Source: an uncultured Pseudomonadota bacterium (GTDB lineage: Bacteria; Pseudomonadota; Gammaproteobacteria; Steroidobacterales; Steroidobacteraceae). From it: a stretch of 64,000 nt of DNA. The stretch lies in NCBI GenBank assembly GCA_963781815.1, contig CAWAHK010000003.1, positions 495,774 to 559,773 of the forward strand, in the 5' to 3' direction. The position numbers and the translations under genes were made by a program. Positions 34,753-44,656 of the stretch are shown here, piece after piece. The notes under the pieces were generated by a model. The model did no database searches, was not told where the DNA came from, and worked only from the letters and a program-made list of their open reading frames with translations. Numbering within the stretch: the first letter of the stretch is position 1; every line of letters starts with the position of its first letter.

Positions 34753-36147
34753 TCACTTCGACAGGTCAGTGAAGAGCGACAACATGTATGTCACCGACGG
34801 CTGGATGTCTCCTACTGGAACGCGCTCGTTGAGCCCGTGGGCGAATCGATCGCTGTCCTTCATGAACAGCGGACTCACTCCATAGCTGGGAACATGCTCA
34901 TTGCGAAACCACATACTGTCGCTTGCACCGGCTGACATCGTCGGGAAGACCGGCACTTTCGGATAGCCGAGACGAATAGCTTTCGTGACGGCGTCAACCA
35001 AGTCGGTCCGAATCGGCGAAGCGTCGGTCGCAACGCTTCCCGTGGAGACGTCTTTGAACTGAATTGCGGGGTCCGCTGCGACGCGCCGGAGCTCTTCCAT
35101 GATCTCCGCACGCGGATGACCGGGAAAGATTCGGCAATTGATGTTCGCAGTAGCCCGCTGTGGCAGCGCGTTGAGGGCATGGCCCCCGTTTATCATTGTC
35201 ACGACGCAGGTCGTGCCTATCTTGCCGATGGTCGCCGGATTCGCCTGCAAAGCGGCAACAGACTTCGCATCGGTCGGATCCGTCGCAAATGCACGCATGG
35301 CTGCCGCTATCTCGGGACGCTCGTAGTCGGCCGCCGACTTGAAATACGCGCGCGTCAAATCGCTTAGTTCCGGCTTGAACTTGTATTGGCCGAGGCGCAC
35401 CAGCGCAGCAGAGAGCTGACTAATGGCATTGGGATCATACGGCCGCGAGCTGTGGCCCCCCGGGGAGGTCACCGTGAGCTCGAAATCCGCGTAAGTCTTT
35501 TCCGCGCCGGACCAGGAGAAGTATTGCGGCTTTCCTTGTGGGTCCAATTGCCCCCCGCTGCCATCTACATTCAGCACCATTTCGGCGCTTGAGAGTTCCC
35601 TTGCGAGCATCTGGGTCGTCTTCATGGCGGTCTCTTCATCGCCCGAAAGCGCGAGCACCAGAGTGCGCCGGGGCTGATAACCCTCACGCTTGAGCTCGAT
35701 GAGCGTCGCCACCGCTAACGCGTCGTCCAGCTTCATGTCGCTGGATCCCCGGCCGTACAGCAGCCCGTTCTCGACCACGGGAGTAAAGGGATCGCGCTCC
35801 CAGTCCGAGGCCTTGGCCTCGACCACATCCATATGTCCCGAGATCACGAGCGGCTTGAGCTTCGGATCGCGGCCTTTCCAGCGAGCAATAAGAAATGCCG
35901 TGTCATCCACCGGCATGATCGCTACATCGGCGGCGTCGAAACCGCCCGCCACCAAAGCTGACTTGAACAGTGCAGCCACTTGCGGGACCTGGTTGCCGTC
36001 CCCGCGCACTGAGCGCAGGGCGATGGCCTGCTTTGCCAGATCGAGCGCTTGCGCATCTGCTCGATCGTGATCCGCGGGCTTTGCATCACTGCTCGATGCA
36101 CTCAGAAAAAATATACATGCCCATATCGCTGTTGTAGCTGGTCGCAC
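34753..36147 (-). CDS. M20-family metallopeptidase (carboxypeptidase G2/ArgE/DapE-like), secreted
   Basis: ISGHMDVVEA..DWERDPF..LYGRGSSDMK.. and ..LSGDEE.. are M20 metal-ligand blocks. GTG 36147 has a GAAGGA RBS and gives a signal peptide ..AIWACIFFLSASSS. ATG 36210 is the alternative start. Confidence 0.8.
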   Translation of the reverse strand: MRPATTAIWACIFFLSASSSDAKPADHDRADAQALDLAKQAIALRSVRGDGNQVPQVAALFKSALVAGGFDAADVAIMPVDDTAFLIARWKGRDPKLKPLVISGHMDVVEAKASDWERDPFTPVVENGLLYGRGSSDMKLDDALAVATLIELKREGYQPRRTLVLALSGDEETAMKTTQMLARELSSAEMVLNVDGSGGQLDPQGKPQYFSWSGAEKTYADFELTVTSPGGHSSRPYDPNAISQLSAALVRLGQYKFKPELSDLTRAYFKSAADYERPEIAAAMRAFATDPTDAKSVAALQANPATIGKIGTTCVVTMINGGHALNALPQRATANINCRIFPGHPRAEIMEELRRVAADPAIQFKDVSTGSVATDASPIRTDLVDAVTKAIRLGYPKVPVFPTMSAGASDSMWFRNEHVPSYGVSPLFMKDSDRFAHGLNERVPVGDIQPSVTYMLSLFTDLSK

Positions 36148-36405
36148 GGCGTTATCCTTCGAAGTGATGCTTCTACTGTAGAACGACGCCGCTGCCTGCG
36201 GCAATGCCATCCCTGACGAGCCCTTGGCATAGGCGTCGAAAACGGCGGAGCCGTGTCGCCCCCCGGCCCGATGGCCCGCGAAAACGTGCTCGTTTTCCGC
36301 GCTGGAAACTCGCTGGTCGCGTGGCAAGTGCAGTGAGCACCGGTACGTTTGAGCAGCGCAACTTGGCGCCGCCCGTTCGTTGTGCGGCAAACGCCTGATC
36401 CCGAA

Positions 36406-37488
36406 CTAATCGGCCGGTGCGGTATCGCGCGGCGGATAGCTCTTCCACTGGGCCGTGCGCGCGTTATAGATCCGGAACGAACCGTCCGGCTGCGCCTCGA
36501 GCTTGATCCAGTCGGACTTCTCATCATCAAGGTTCGCTATGAAGGGCGCCGGGAAATTGTCTGTCCCGGCACTGCTCGCGGCATGCAGCTGCCATACGTC
36601 CTTAAGACCTGCGACATGGTGCAGTGACTGAAACGTAGCTGGACCGCCGCCCTTGTTCACCCCGTTATTGAGGATCGCTACCACCGGGCTGAACGCCGCA
36701 AAGATGGCTGGATCGGCAGCATCCGCTCCCCCATGGTGAGCAACCAGATACGCGTCCACCGGCCCGACCAGGGACCTCGGGCACGCCAGCCCAAAGAGCG
36801 GCTTACCGCTCAAGTCACCGACATCCAGGAAGCGGAAGCGTCCAAACTGGAGGACTACGCCGGTCGACCTCGGATTTTCGTACGGATCAGCCGCCGCGAT
36901 CCCCCCGGTGGCACACAGCGGGCTTTGCGCACCGGCACCCGGCAGTGGCTGCGTGAGGATCGCACCAGCGGAGCTGACCACGGTAGCCTGGATGCCCGGG
37001 ATGGGCAGTTGATCACCGGGCTTGGGCACGATGTGAATATGCCCTTTACGCACCGACTTGTACGCATCAAAGGCCGGCTTGATGTCTGGGCCCGTGGCCA
37101 GCGCCCACCGGCTCGGGCGCTCGTGGTCGATGAAGGTGCCGATGGGCATCAGCTTCGCGAGCTCCGCGACCCCACCGTCGTGATCGGGATGAAAATGCGT
37201 GATGAGCAGGAAGTCGATTCGCGCGATCCCGGCATCCTGAGCCGCGGCAACAATCCGGTTGGCGTCCCGTGCCTGATGCGGGTCGCCCGGCGCAAAGCCC
37301 GTGCCTTGCCCGGCCCAGCCGGTGTCAATGAGCAACGAGCGCTTCTCCGGCGTCACGATCAGGGTTGACTGCCCCCCTTCCACGTCAATGAAGTAAATGT
37401 CCAAGGGACCCGGAGCGGCATCCCGAGCCACCCCAGTGCTCAGCATTAGTGTGGCCAGGGAGAGGACGACGCGGGACAGCTTTCTCAT
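36406..37488 (-). CDS. MBL-fold metallo-hydrolase, secreted
   Basis: Signal peptide MRKLSRVVLSLATLMLSTGVA. LLITHFHPDHDGG is the HxHxDH motif. YFIDVEGGQSTLIV is the typical beta-lactamase-fold start. Confidence 0.8.
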   Translation of the reverse strand: MRKLSRVVLSLATLMLSTGVARDAAPGPLDIYFIDVEGGQSTLIVTPEKRSLLIDTGWAGQGTGFAPGDPHQARDANRIVAAAQDAGIARIDFLLITHFHPDHDGGVAELAKLMPIGTFIDHERPSRWALATGPDIKPAFDAYKSVRKGHIHIVPKPGDQLPIPGIQATVVSSAGAILTQPLPGAGAQSPLCATGGIAAADPYENPRSTGVVLQFGRFRFLDVGDLSGKPLFGLACPRSLVGPVDAYLVAHHGGADAADPAIFAAFSPVVAILNNGVNKGGGPATFQSLHHVAGLKDVWQLHAASSAGTDNFPAPFIANLDDEKSDWIKLEAQPDGSFRIYNARTAQWKSYPPRDTAPAD

Positions 37489-37594
37489 CGGAGTACGCGA
37501 AGCGGATGGGGTGAGGCAAAGAGCACAGTCGTCGTTCATGTTATCGCTCTCATGTATCGAATTTGTGATCGGTGCGTCGGTTGCGGTTCGACTT

Positions 37595-38515
37595 TCACCC
37601 TCGGCTCGACGCGTGCTCCGCGGTCGAGCCATCGGCGGACCGCGCTGCCTGTCCCATGAGCCACTGCACGAACACCTCCCGCAGCGGCGCGCTCGAGCGT
37701 TCCCGCGATTCCAGCAGAAAGTATTGGCCAAACGGCACCCGCGTATGACCGAGTTGCACCAGGCGCCCGGTGCGCAGCTCGTTCGCGATAAAGGCGGGCG
37801 TTCCCAAGGCAACACCCTGACTGCGCTCAGCCGCCGCGATGGCGAGGGAGTAATCGGTGAAATAGAGGTGCTGCGCGCGCTCGAACCCGTCCAGGCCTGC
37901 GGTCGCGAACCAGCTCTTCCAGGCGGTGCCATTGTCATCGTGCAGCAGGCGAAATGAACGCACTGCGTCGTCCCGCCGCCACTTAGCAGGCCGCGGACGC
38001 ACGCCCGCCGTCACCGGCACACCCTCCATCGAGAAAAGCCGTCGCGCTCCGCCACGCGGCAGCGCCGCACCGACGGAGATGTAGCGGATCGCCAGATCGG
38101 CGTCGCGCCCGAGCGTGCGAAACTCGTCGGAGGTCTCAACCTCGAGTTCGATCTGAGGATGCGAAAGTGAGAATCCTCCGAGGCGCGGCACCAGCCACCG
38201 CGAGGCAAATGCGGGCTCCGCCGTGATTCGCAGGCGCTGGGCGCGCACACCACGAACCGCCTCTACCGCGCGATTTATCTGAAGGAAAGCGCCGCTCAGC
38301 TCGGAGGCGAGCCGCCGACCTGCGTCGGTAAGCTCAACGGCACGGTGCAAGCGCCGAAAAAGCTCGCGTCCGACATCCTTTTCCAGAGCTCGAACGTGCC
38401 GACTTACCGCCGCCTGGGAAATATGCAATTCACGTGCGGCCTCGGTGAAACTCAGGCGGCGCGCCGCGGTCTCGAAGGCGCGCAACGCGAGAAGCGAGGG
38501 CGGGCGGGGCGGCAT
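37595..38515 (-). CDS. LysR-family transcriptional regulator (GcvA-like)
   Basis: LLALRAFETAARRLSFTEAARELHISQAAVSRHVRALEKDVGRELFRR is a LysR HTH. A substrate-binding domain follows. Confidence 0.85.
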   Translation of the reverse strand: MPPRPPSLLALRAFETAARRLSFTEAARELHISQAAVSRHVRALEKDVGRELFRRLHRAVELTDAGRRLASELSGAFLQINRAVEAVRGVRAQRLRITAEPAFASRWLVPRLGGFSLSHPQIELEVETSDEFRTLGRDADLAIRYISVGAALPRGGARRLFSMEGVPVTAGVRPRPAKWRRDDAVRSFRLLHDDNGTAWKSWFATAGLDGFERAQHLYFTDYSLAIAAAERSQGVALGTPAFIANELRTGRLVQLGHTRVPFGQYFLLESRERSSAPLREVFVQWLMGQAARSADGSTAEHASSRG

Positions 38516-39300
38516 ATGGTCGCATGAGTTTAAGTTATCTGAGCGCGGGCAACAAATCGTTTGAGGCGCGACCACTATGAGAGTTGAATTGCACCCCACG
38601 ATCTCGCAGGAGTCCCGGCATCGGAGGCGCGCATGAACGTGTATGCATGGAGTTATGCAACGCTTTGGAACGCCGCCGTGCAGGCTGCGGCTGGTCGTGT
38701 GGCACACGAGTCTCTGGCGTCGAGGCCTCGGGTGTCCCCCCGCCGCCGGCAACCCTCCCTAGCTAGGGGCTGCGACGCAGACACCAGATGCGACCGATCG
38801 ATCGCCTTTCCCTCGGGAGGGAACCTCTACCCGTAACGGGCGAGCCACCGGGCTTTGGCATTCCGCTGTCACCGTAAGACAACTGCGTACGCGTCTACCC
38901 CAACGAACCCAGTTGCGAGTCCGGCACGCCCTCGCCGCCGGGGTGTGAACCGGGCGCCGCCGATACACTGAATTTGCACTAGCGCCTGTTCCGCCGCCGG
39001 CGAGAGAGTCGGAATCACTAACGCCGGACTCAACGCCAAGGGATTGGGGATGCCTCGCGGCAGGCTGACGCGGCGGCTGATAATTCCCACGCGATGCGGC
39101 GGATACGGTTGTCGGGGGCATTCGCACCCGAGCCAGCCGTTCGAGCGAATCCGCGCAGCCCGGGTCCCCCGCGGCTGCCGCTCAAGAAGGACGCTCAGCG
39201 CCGATTCGAGGGCCGCGGCAGCTCTCTCCCGACGACCTCCAGGCGCACCGCTCGGTGGCAGCCGCCCGAGAGGTATCGCCTGCGTTAACATCCGTGCACG

Positions 39301-41271
39301 ATGCGTCTGCTGCTCCTCACGCCGCCGATGACCCAGCTCAATACCCCGTACCCTGCTACGGCGTATCTGATGGGCTTCCTGAGGCTGCACGCTCAAGATC
39401 TGGGGCTCGAACTCGTCCAAGCGGACGCCTCGCTGGCCTTATTCCTGCGATTGTTCTCGGCGCCTCTGGTGGCGCAAATGGCCCACGTCCTGCAGCACCG
39501 GGCGCGCGGCCACGGCAGAAGTACCCCGGTGCCCCCAGCCATCGCTCAGTTCCTCAGTAACGCCACGGAATATGCCGATACCGTCGAGCCGGCGGTGCGG
39601 TTCCTGCAGCGGCGGGATCCGAGCCTGGCCTTTCGTATCGTCGGACGCGCCTTCCTTCCCGAAGGCCCCCGGTTCCAGCACCTGACACCTTCCTCGGCCG
39701 AGCAAGGCGCGTACCCTGACGAGCAGCTGCTGAACGCATTTGGCGCACTCGGCACGACCGAACAGGCTCGCTATCTGGCAAGCCTCTTTATCGACGACCT
39801 CGCCGAGGTCTGGCGGCTCGGCATCGACCCTCGCTTCGAGCTTGCGCGCTACGGTGAACGACTTGCGGCAAGTGCCACCTCCTTCGACCCGCTGTGCGAA
39901 GCACTGCACGGCGAGCCGACACTCGTGGACACCGCTCTGGATGACCTGACGCGCGAGCTGGTCGCGCAGGCCCCTGACGTCGTTGCACTTACTGCGCCAT
40001 TTCCGGGCAATGTCTACGGCGCATTCCGGATGGCACGCACGATCCGGGCGGCCGCTCCCGATACGACCCTGATTCTGGGTGGCGGCTGGGTCAATACCGA
40101 GCTCCGCTCGCTCCGGGACCCGCGCATCTTTGACTATTTCGACTATCTGACGCTCGACGATGGCGAACGCCCGTTGCTGAATCTCCTAAAGCGGCTGCTG
40201 GGCCGTGACGCGCCACTCGTGCGCACGTACGTGCGCGAACGTGGGGCTGTCGTGTTAAGGAACGACCCCACCCAGCACGATATTCCCCAACGCAGTACGG
40301 GTACTCCGACCTATGACGGCCTGCTGCTCCGGGAATACGTGTCGCTCATAGAAATGCTCAATCCGATGCATCGCTTCTGGTCGGACGGGCGCTGGAACAA
40401 GATCACGCTGGCGCACGGCTGCTACTGGAAGAAGTGTTCGTTCTGTGACATCTCCCTTGACTACATCGGGCGGTACGATCGGCCCGGCGAGGACATCGTC
40501 ATCCAGCGTATCCGCGCCCTGATCGCGGAGACGGACGAAACGGGCTTCCATCTGGTCGACGAAGCCGCCCCGCCAGCGGGCATGCGCGCCCTCGCGGAGC
40601 GCCTTCTCGATGAAAAACTCAGCATCACATGGTGGGGGAACATCCGCTTCGAAAAAACCTTCACGCCGAGCCTGTGCCGCCTGCTCGCCTCCTCAGGGTG
40701 CGTCGCCGTGAGCGGCGGTCTGGAGGTGGCCTCTGACCGTTTGCTCAAGCTCATGAAGAAGGGTGTCACCGTCGAACAGGTGGCGAAGGTAACTCGCGCC
40801 TTCAGCGACGCCGGCATCATGGTGCATGCCTACCTGATGTACGGCTTCCCGACGGAGACGGTGCAGGACACGATCGACGCGCTCGAGCGTGTGCGCCAGC
40901 TGTTTGCAGCCGGATGCATCCAGTCAGCGTACTGGCACCGCTTCGCCGCCACAGCCCATTCCCCCATCGGACTGCATCCTGAGGAGTATGGGATCACCCT
41001 GCAACCGCCGGAAAGCATCACCTTTGCCCACAACGACATTGCGTTCCACGACCCCGTTGGCACGGATCACGACTTCCTGGGCACCGGCCTGCGCAAGGCC
41101 CTCTACAACTACATGCACGGCGTCGGCCTCGACGCCGACGTTCGCGAGTGGTTTGATCCGCCCCGCAAAGGCCTGCGACGGGCCAGCCGATCTCGCGGTC
41201 GTTCGCCCTCGTCCTCCTCCGTTCCCCCTGCAACGGTACCACCCGATCTGATCGAGCACTTCCTCGGCTGA
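39301..41271 (+). CDS. B12-binding-domain radical SAM protein (function unknown) with non-canonical CX4CX2C cluster motif
   Basis: MRLLLLTPPMTQLNTPYPATAYLMGFL is a class-B N-terminus. The core is ITLAHGCYWKKCSFCDIS, checked against the DNA (tgc tac tgg aag aag tgt tcg ttc tgt). Downstream blocks: ..GFHLVDEAAPP.. and ..VSGGLEVASDRLLKLMKKG... The C-terminal tail is Arg/Ser-rich. Confidence 0.8.
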   Translation: MRLLLLTPPMTQLNTPYPATAYLMGFLRLHAQDLGLELVQADASLALFLRLFSAPLVAQMAHVLQHRARGHGRSTPVPPAIAQFLSNATEYADTVEPAVRFLQRRDPSLAFRIVGRAFLPEGPRFQHLTPSSAEQGAYPDEQLLNAFGALGTTEQARYLASLFIDDLAEVWRLGIDPRFELARYGERLAASATSFDPLCEALHGEPTLVDTALDDLTRELVAQAPDVVALTAPFPGNVYGAFRMARTIRAAAPDTTLILGGGWVNTELRSLRDPRIFDYFDYLTLDDGERPLLNLLKRLLGRDAPLVRTYVRERGAVVLRNDPTQHDIPQRSTGTPTYDGLLLREYVSLIEMLNPMHRFWSDGRWNKITLAHGCYWKKCSFCDISLDYIGRYDRPGEDIVIQRIRALIAETDETGFHLVDEAAPPAGMRALAERLLDEKLSITWWGNIRFEKTFTPSLCRLLASSGCVAVSGGLEVASDRLLKLMKKGVTVEQVAKVTRAFSDAGIMVHAYLMYGFPTETVQDTIDALERVRQLFAAGCIQSAYWHRFAATAHSPIGLHPEEYGITLQPPESITFAHNDIAFHDPVGTDHDFLGTGLRKALYNYMHGVGLDADVREWFDPPRKGLRRASRSRGRSPSSSSVPPATVPPDLIEHFLG

Positions 41272-41278
41272 CTCGCGC

Positions 41279-41854
41279 GTGCTGATTGCCTTCAACAAGC
41301 CTTTCGACGTGATCTGCAAGTTCGGCCCTGAACCCGGTCGGCGCACACTGACCAAGTACATCGACGTCAAAGACGTCTATCCCGCCGGTCGGCTGGATAC
41401 CGATAGCGAAGGCCTGCTCCTGCTTACCGACGACGGTGCGCTGCAGGCTCGGATTTCCAATCCGCGCTTCAAGCTAACAAAGGTCTATTGGGCGCAAGTT
41501 GAAGGTACGCCGACCGAGGAAGCACTCGCCCGGCTGCGCAGTGGCGTAGACCTCGGAGACTTTACTAGCGCGCCTGCTGGCGCACGACTCATTGAAGAGC
41601 CTGACACCCTTTGGCCGCGGAATCCGCCCATTCGCTGGCGCGCCAACATTCCGACGGCATGGCTTGAGCTGACTCTGCGAGAGGGCAAGAACCGCCAGGT
41701 GCGCCGCATGACGGCGCGCGTCGGATTACCAACACTGCGACTGGTGCGGGCGAAAATCGGGCAGGTAAGCGTCGATGGCTTGGCGCCGGCTGTCTGGCGC
41801 GAGATAGACGCGGCAACGCTCTGGCCTCGCAGGGAGCGTCTGACAGGTGTTTGA
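41279..41854 (+). CDS. rluE: RsuA/RluE-family pseudouridine synthase lacking an S4 domain (RluE-like)
   Basis: LIAFNKPFDVICKF..VYPAGRLDTDSEGLLLLTDDG (catalytic Asp motif)..KVYWAQVEG..LTLREGKNRQVRRMTA. GTG start 7 nt after the radical-SAM stop. Confidence 0.8.
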   Translation: MLIAFNKPFDVICKFGPEPGRRTLTKYIDVKDVYPAGRLDTDSEGLLLLTDDGALQARISNPRFKLTKVYWAQVEGTPTEEALARLRSGVDLGDFTSAPAGARLIEEPDTLWPRNPPIRWRANIPTAWLELTLREGKNRQVRRMTARVGLPTLRLVRAKIGQVSVDGLAPAVWREIDAATLWPRRERLTGV

Positions 41855-41883
41855 CGCTTCTACTGAAACCCTGAAGATCGACA

Positions 41884-41906
41884 CCAACAGATTGCGACAC
41901 TGTTGG
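41884..41906 (+). repeat. repeat-family hairpin H5 (CCAACAG-ATTGCGACA-CTGTTGG)
   Basis: Direct reading. Closely related to the degenerate copy at 44582-44604. Confidence 0.5.
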
Positions 41907-42073
41907 AAGCTGAACCCAATCCTGTAGGGAAATTTCTTACGCAGAGCAGTTGCTGCAAGCGCGGTGCGCGCGTGTAGGTCATGACTCACTAATTCTTACG
42001 CAAGTAGCGGACGGCGCGAGCGGCAGCGGAAGGATCTACTGACCTCATAGTAACTGCCTGTGAGGTTGTCGAT

Positions 42074-42301
42074 ATGAAGGTACCAAGCCGTTTTTCCGTA
42101 CCCGCTACGCTTGTGCTGACCGCCCTTGTGATGGGGTTGTCGGGCTGCGTAACACACGAACGCGAGGTAGTTCATGACGGGGGGAGCTCGGGCTCCTACG
42201 CTCAGGGATACAAGGAAGGCTACTACGATCGTGAGCACCATCGCTATTGGTCTGAGCAGGCATGGCACGACTGCATAGAGCACGACGTACACTGTTCCTG
42301 A
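42074..42301 (+). CDS. small lipoprotein, His/Tyr/Glu-rich
   Basis: MKVPSRFSVPATLVLTALVMGLSGC has a lipobox (LSGC). GAGG RBS. 75 aa. Confidence 0.6.
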   Translation: MKVPSRFSVPATLVLTALVMGLSGCVTHEREVVHDGGSSGSYAQGYKEGYYDREHHRYWSEQAWHDCIEHDVHCS

Positions 42302-42464
42302 AGTAGCAGGGCTTCTTGACCGGGCGGGAGCGAGCCGTGGCTCGCTCCCCTCTTCGTGCTGGCAAGCGCGCAAGGCTTCGCACCTAAGATCATCTGCGCC
42401 CGCAGGGAGATCGACTACTGGGCGTCGACGAGCTGGCTTAACCGAAACATGGGAGGGCCTGGCG

Positions 42465-42890
42465 TCAGGTGCCCGGCACTGCTTCGACGCTCCCCCGTCC
42501 CAGCTCTCGCGCTCGCGCCATGCCTTTAAATATGAAGAATGCAGCGAGACCGTGGAAGCCAACAGACATCCAATCCTGAACGTAGACATAAATTAACGCG
42601 TCCACAACGTAGGCGGCCAATCCGAGGTAAAACGCCCAAAGCTTATTCCGTTGTGCATAGAGACCGATGACAAGGTAGAAGGCGATTGTGAAACCTGCGA
42701 GCCCGATGGCTACGGGAAGATTGCTTGCAAACGCGACGGTGACCAGCGCCGTCATGGCCAACCCGATCACGAAGTTGGTGTTGCTGCCGGAATAGAACAT
42801 CACCACGTTCACGAGTGAGAGACCCGCTATCCACCAAAACCATCTCGCTCCGGATCGAACAATCGGATCTGCGGTGATAGTTGATGACAT
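42465..42890 (-). CDS. four-TM membrane protein, family not recognised
   Basis: 141 aa with four clear hydrophobic spans: WFWWIAGLSLVNVVMFY, FVIGLAMTALVTVAF, VAIGLAGFTIAFYLVIGLY, FYLGLAAYVVDALIYVYV. Confidence 0.6.
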   Translation of the reverse strand: MSSTITADPIVRSGARWFWWIAGLSLVNVVMFYSGSNTNFVIGLAMTALVTVAFASNLPVAIGLAGFTIAFYLVIGLYAQRNKLWAFYLGLAAYVVDALIYVYVQDWMSVGFHGLAAFFIFKGMARARELGRGSVEAVPGT

Positions 42891-43186
42891 GATGAGCGCC
42901 TCCCGGAATGCGTGTGAACGACACATTATCAGGGTGTCGGCGCATCGTGGTCCGAAATGACAAGGAGGCTCGAACTGTCTTGTCTGAATTATGTTAGGAG
43001 GCCTAACTCGGGCAACGAGTCAGCATCTTTTCGACACTGGCGTCCCCTCAAACATCGATTTACCGCTTAATCTCAATGCCACCTCAGACCAAAGTGAGCA
43101 GCGAAGATTAGACTCTGTCCACGCTCCGGACCGCGAGTACGCTTCAACCTCGCCGTAACGTGCCCTTGCGGCCGCGTTAGCTAGAA

Positions 43187-44212
43187 TCAGGTAGCAGCCG
43201 GAATGCTCGCAGCTGCGCGGGATTTGCCGTTTCTCATGAGTTGCGCCGCGATTTCAAACGAGCGCAGCCGCGCGCTGTGATCGTATATCTGCGAGGTGAG
43301 CATGATTTCATCCGGTCCGGTTCTCTGGATGAAGCGCTTGAGTGCCGCGTCTACCGTGCTCGGCGACCCGATGGCCGAACACGAGAGCACGTCTGCCAGC
43401 AACGCCTTCGCGGCGTCCGGAAGTTGCTGGTGATAGCCAGCGATGGGGGGAGGAAGTTGTGTGGGAGTTCCCTGGCGCAGGTTCACAAAAGCCTGCTGCA
43501 TCGAGCTTGCCAACAACTGGGCGTCTTCGTCAGAGTCTGCCGCAAACACGTTGAACCCGAGCATTACGTAGGGGCGTTCAAGCTGGGCCGAGGCGCGGAA
43601 TAGAGTGCGGTAGGTTTCCATCGCCTCCATCATGGCGGCCGGCGCGAAATGCGAGGCAAAGGCGAACGGCAAGCCCAGTGCTGCGGCAACCTGCGCACCG
43701 TACAGGCTGGAACCCAGAATCCACAGTGGCACATTCAGTCCGGCCCCGGGAATGGCCACTACATGCTGACCAGGCCCAACGGGGGCAAAGTACTGAATGA
43801 GTTCCAGCACATCTTGAGGAAATTTCTCGGGATCGCTTGCCAGATTCCGGCGTAGCGCGCGAGCCGTAGACTGGTCCGATCCGGGGGCACGACCGAGCCC
43901 GAGGTCAATGCGGCGGGGGAAAAGCGCCTCCAGCGTGCCGAATTGCTCGGCAATGACCAGCGGAGCATGGTTCGGGAGCATCACCCCGCCCGCCCCTACG
44001 CGCATGGTCGACGTTGCCGCGGCCACCTGCCCGATGACCACAGAGGTGGCCGCGCTGGCAACGCCCGGCAGGCTGTGGTGTTCAGCGAGCCAGTAGCGGT
44101 GGTAGCCCCACGTTTCGGCTTTGCGCGCGAGGTCTAGCGTGTTCCGCAGCGCGTGAGCGACGTCGCTGCCCATCGAAACCGGTGCCAGATCCAGTAACGA
44201 GAACGGAATCAT
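43187..44212 (-). CDS. LLM-class (luciferase-like) flavin-dependent oxidoreductase
   Basis: [91 protein letters not shown] is the YhbW-like family signature. Confidence 0.85.
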   Translation of the reverse strand: MIPFSLLDLAPVSMGSDVAHALRNTLDLARKAETWGYHRYWLAEHHSLPGVASAATSVVIGQVAAATSTMRVGAGGVMLPNHAPLVIAEQFGTLEALFPRRIDLGLGRAPGSDQSTARALRRNLASDPEKFPQDVLELIQYFAPVGPGQHVVAIPGAGLNVPLWILGSSLYGAQVAAALGLPFAFASHFAPAAMMEAMETYRTLFRASAQLERPYVMLGFNVFAADSDEDAQLLASSMQQAFVNLRQGTPTQLPPPIAGYHQQLPDAAKALLADVLSCSAIGSPSTVDAALKRFIQRTGPDEIMLTSQIYDHSARLRSFEIAAQLMRNGKSRAAASIPAAT

Positions 44213-44416
44213 GTAGGCGATATCGTGACAGATTTTCGCAGATCAAGCTCTGCGTTGCTTTCAGGAGCGTAAACGAGCCCGATCGTGCTGCCCGCCAGAT
44301 CACGATCCGATCGGAGCCTTTCTGTCACAACGCGCCGATCCCGTCGATTTCACGCCTCCCTGGGGGGGATCAAAGTTCTCCCGGTCTGCCTATCGCAAGC
44401 GAGGTCCGCAGAGGAC

Positions 44417-44539
44417 ATGGCGTCGATCAAGCGCCTCACCAGCCCGCTCACCGGCCGGATATCGTATCGGGTGCAGGCAGATGCGACTAAGAGGAGACGC
44501 GTCGCAAAGCGAAGCCTTCCGCAACCGACGAGACGCTGA
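44417..44539 (+). pseudogene. 40-codon remnant resembling the N-terminus (arm-binding region) of a tyrosine integrase
   Basis: MASIKRLTSPLTGRISYRVQADATKRRRVAKRSL resembles the common integrase opening MxSIxKRTxxxGxxSYxVQ.. GAGGAC RBS. It is truncated by a stop at 44537-44539 with no catalytic domain downstream. Confidence 0.35.
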
Positions 44540-44581
44540 GCGATGGGCGAGTGCAATCGAGTCCGCCCTCCGCTCTGCCGA

Positions 44582-44604
44582 CCAACAGATTGCGATACTG
44601 AAGG
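44582..44604 (+). repeat. degenerate repeat-family copy H6 (CCAACAGATTGCGATACTGAAGG)
   Basis: Shares about 20 of 24 positions with H5, but the 3' stem arm is mutated. It lies 43 nt after the integrase-like relic. Confidence 0.4.
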
Positions 44605-44656
44605 AATGACGACGACGAGCGCGTAGTCTGAATCCGTCGATTACGTCGCCCGTAAT

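Noticed and set aside
38800-38900. Possible cobalamin riboswitch upstream of the B12-binding radical-SAM gene (GGGAGGGAAC.., GCCACCGGG, GCTGTCACCGTAAGAC).
   Set aside because: The pieces are in the wrong order and spacing, and the GGUG..AA..CC and GCCACUG B12-box elements are not properly present. It also lies about 400 nt from the start codon. An Infernal scan would settle it.
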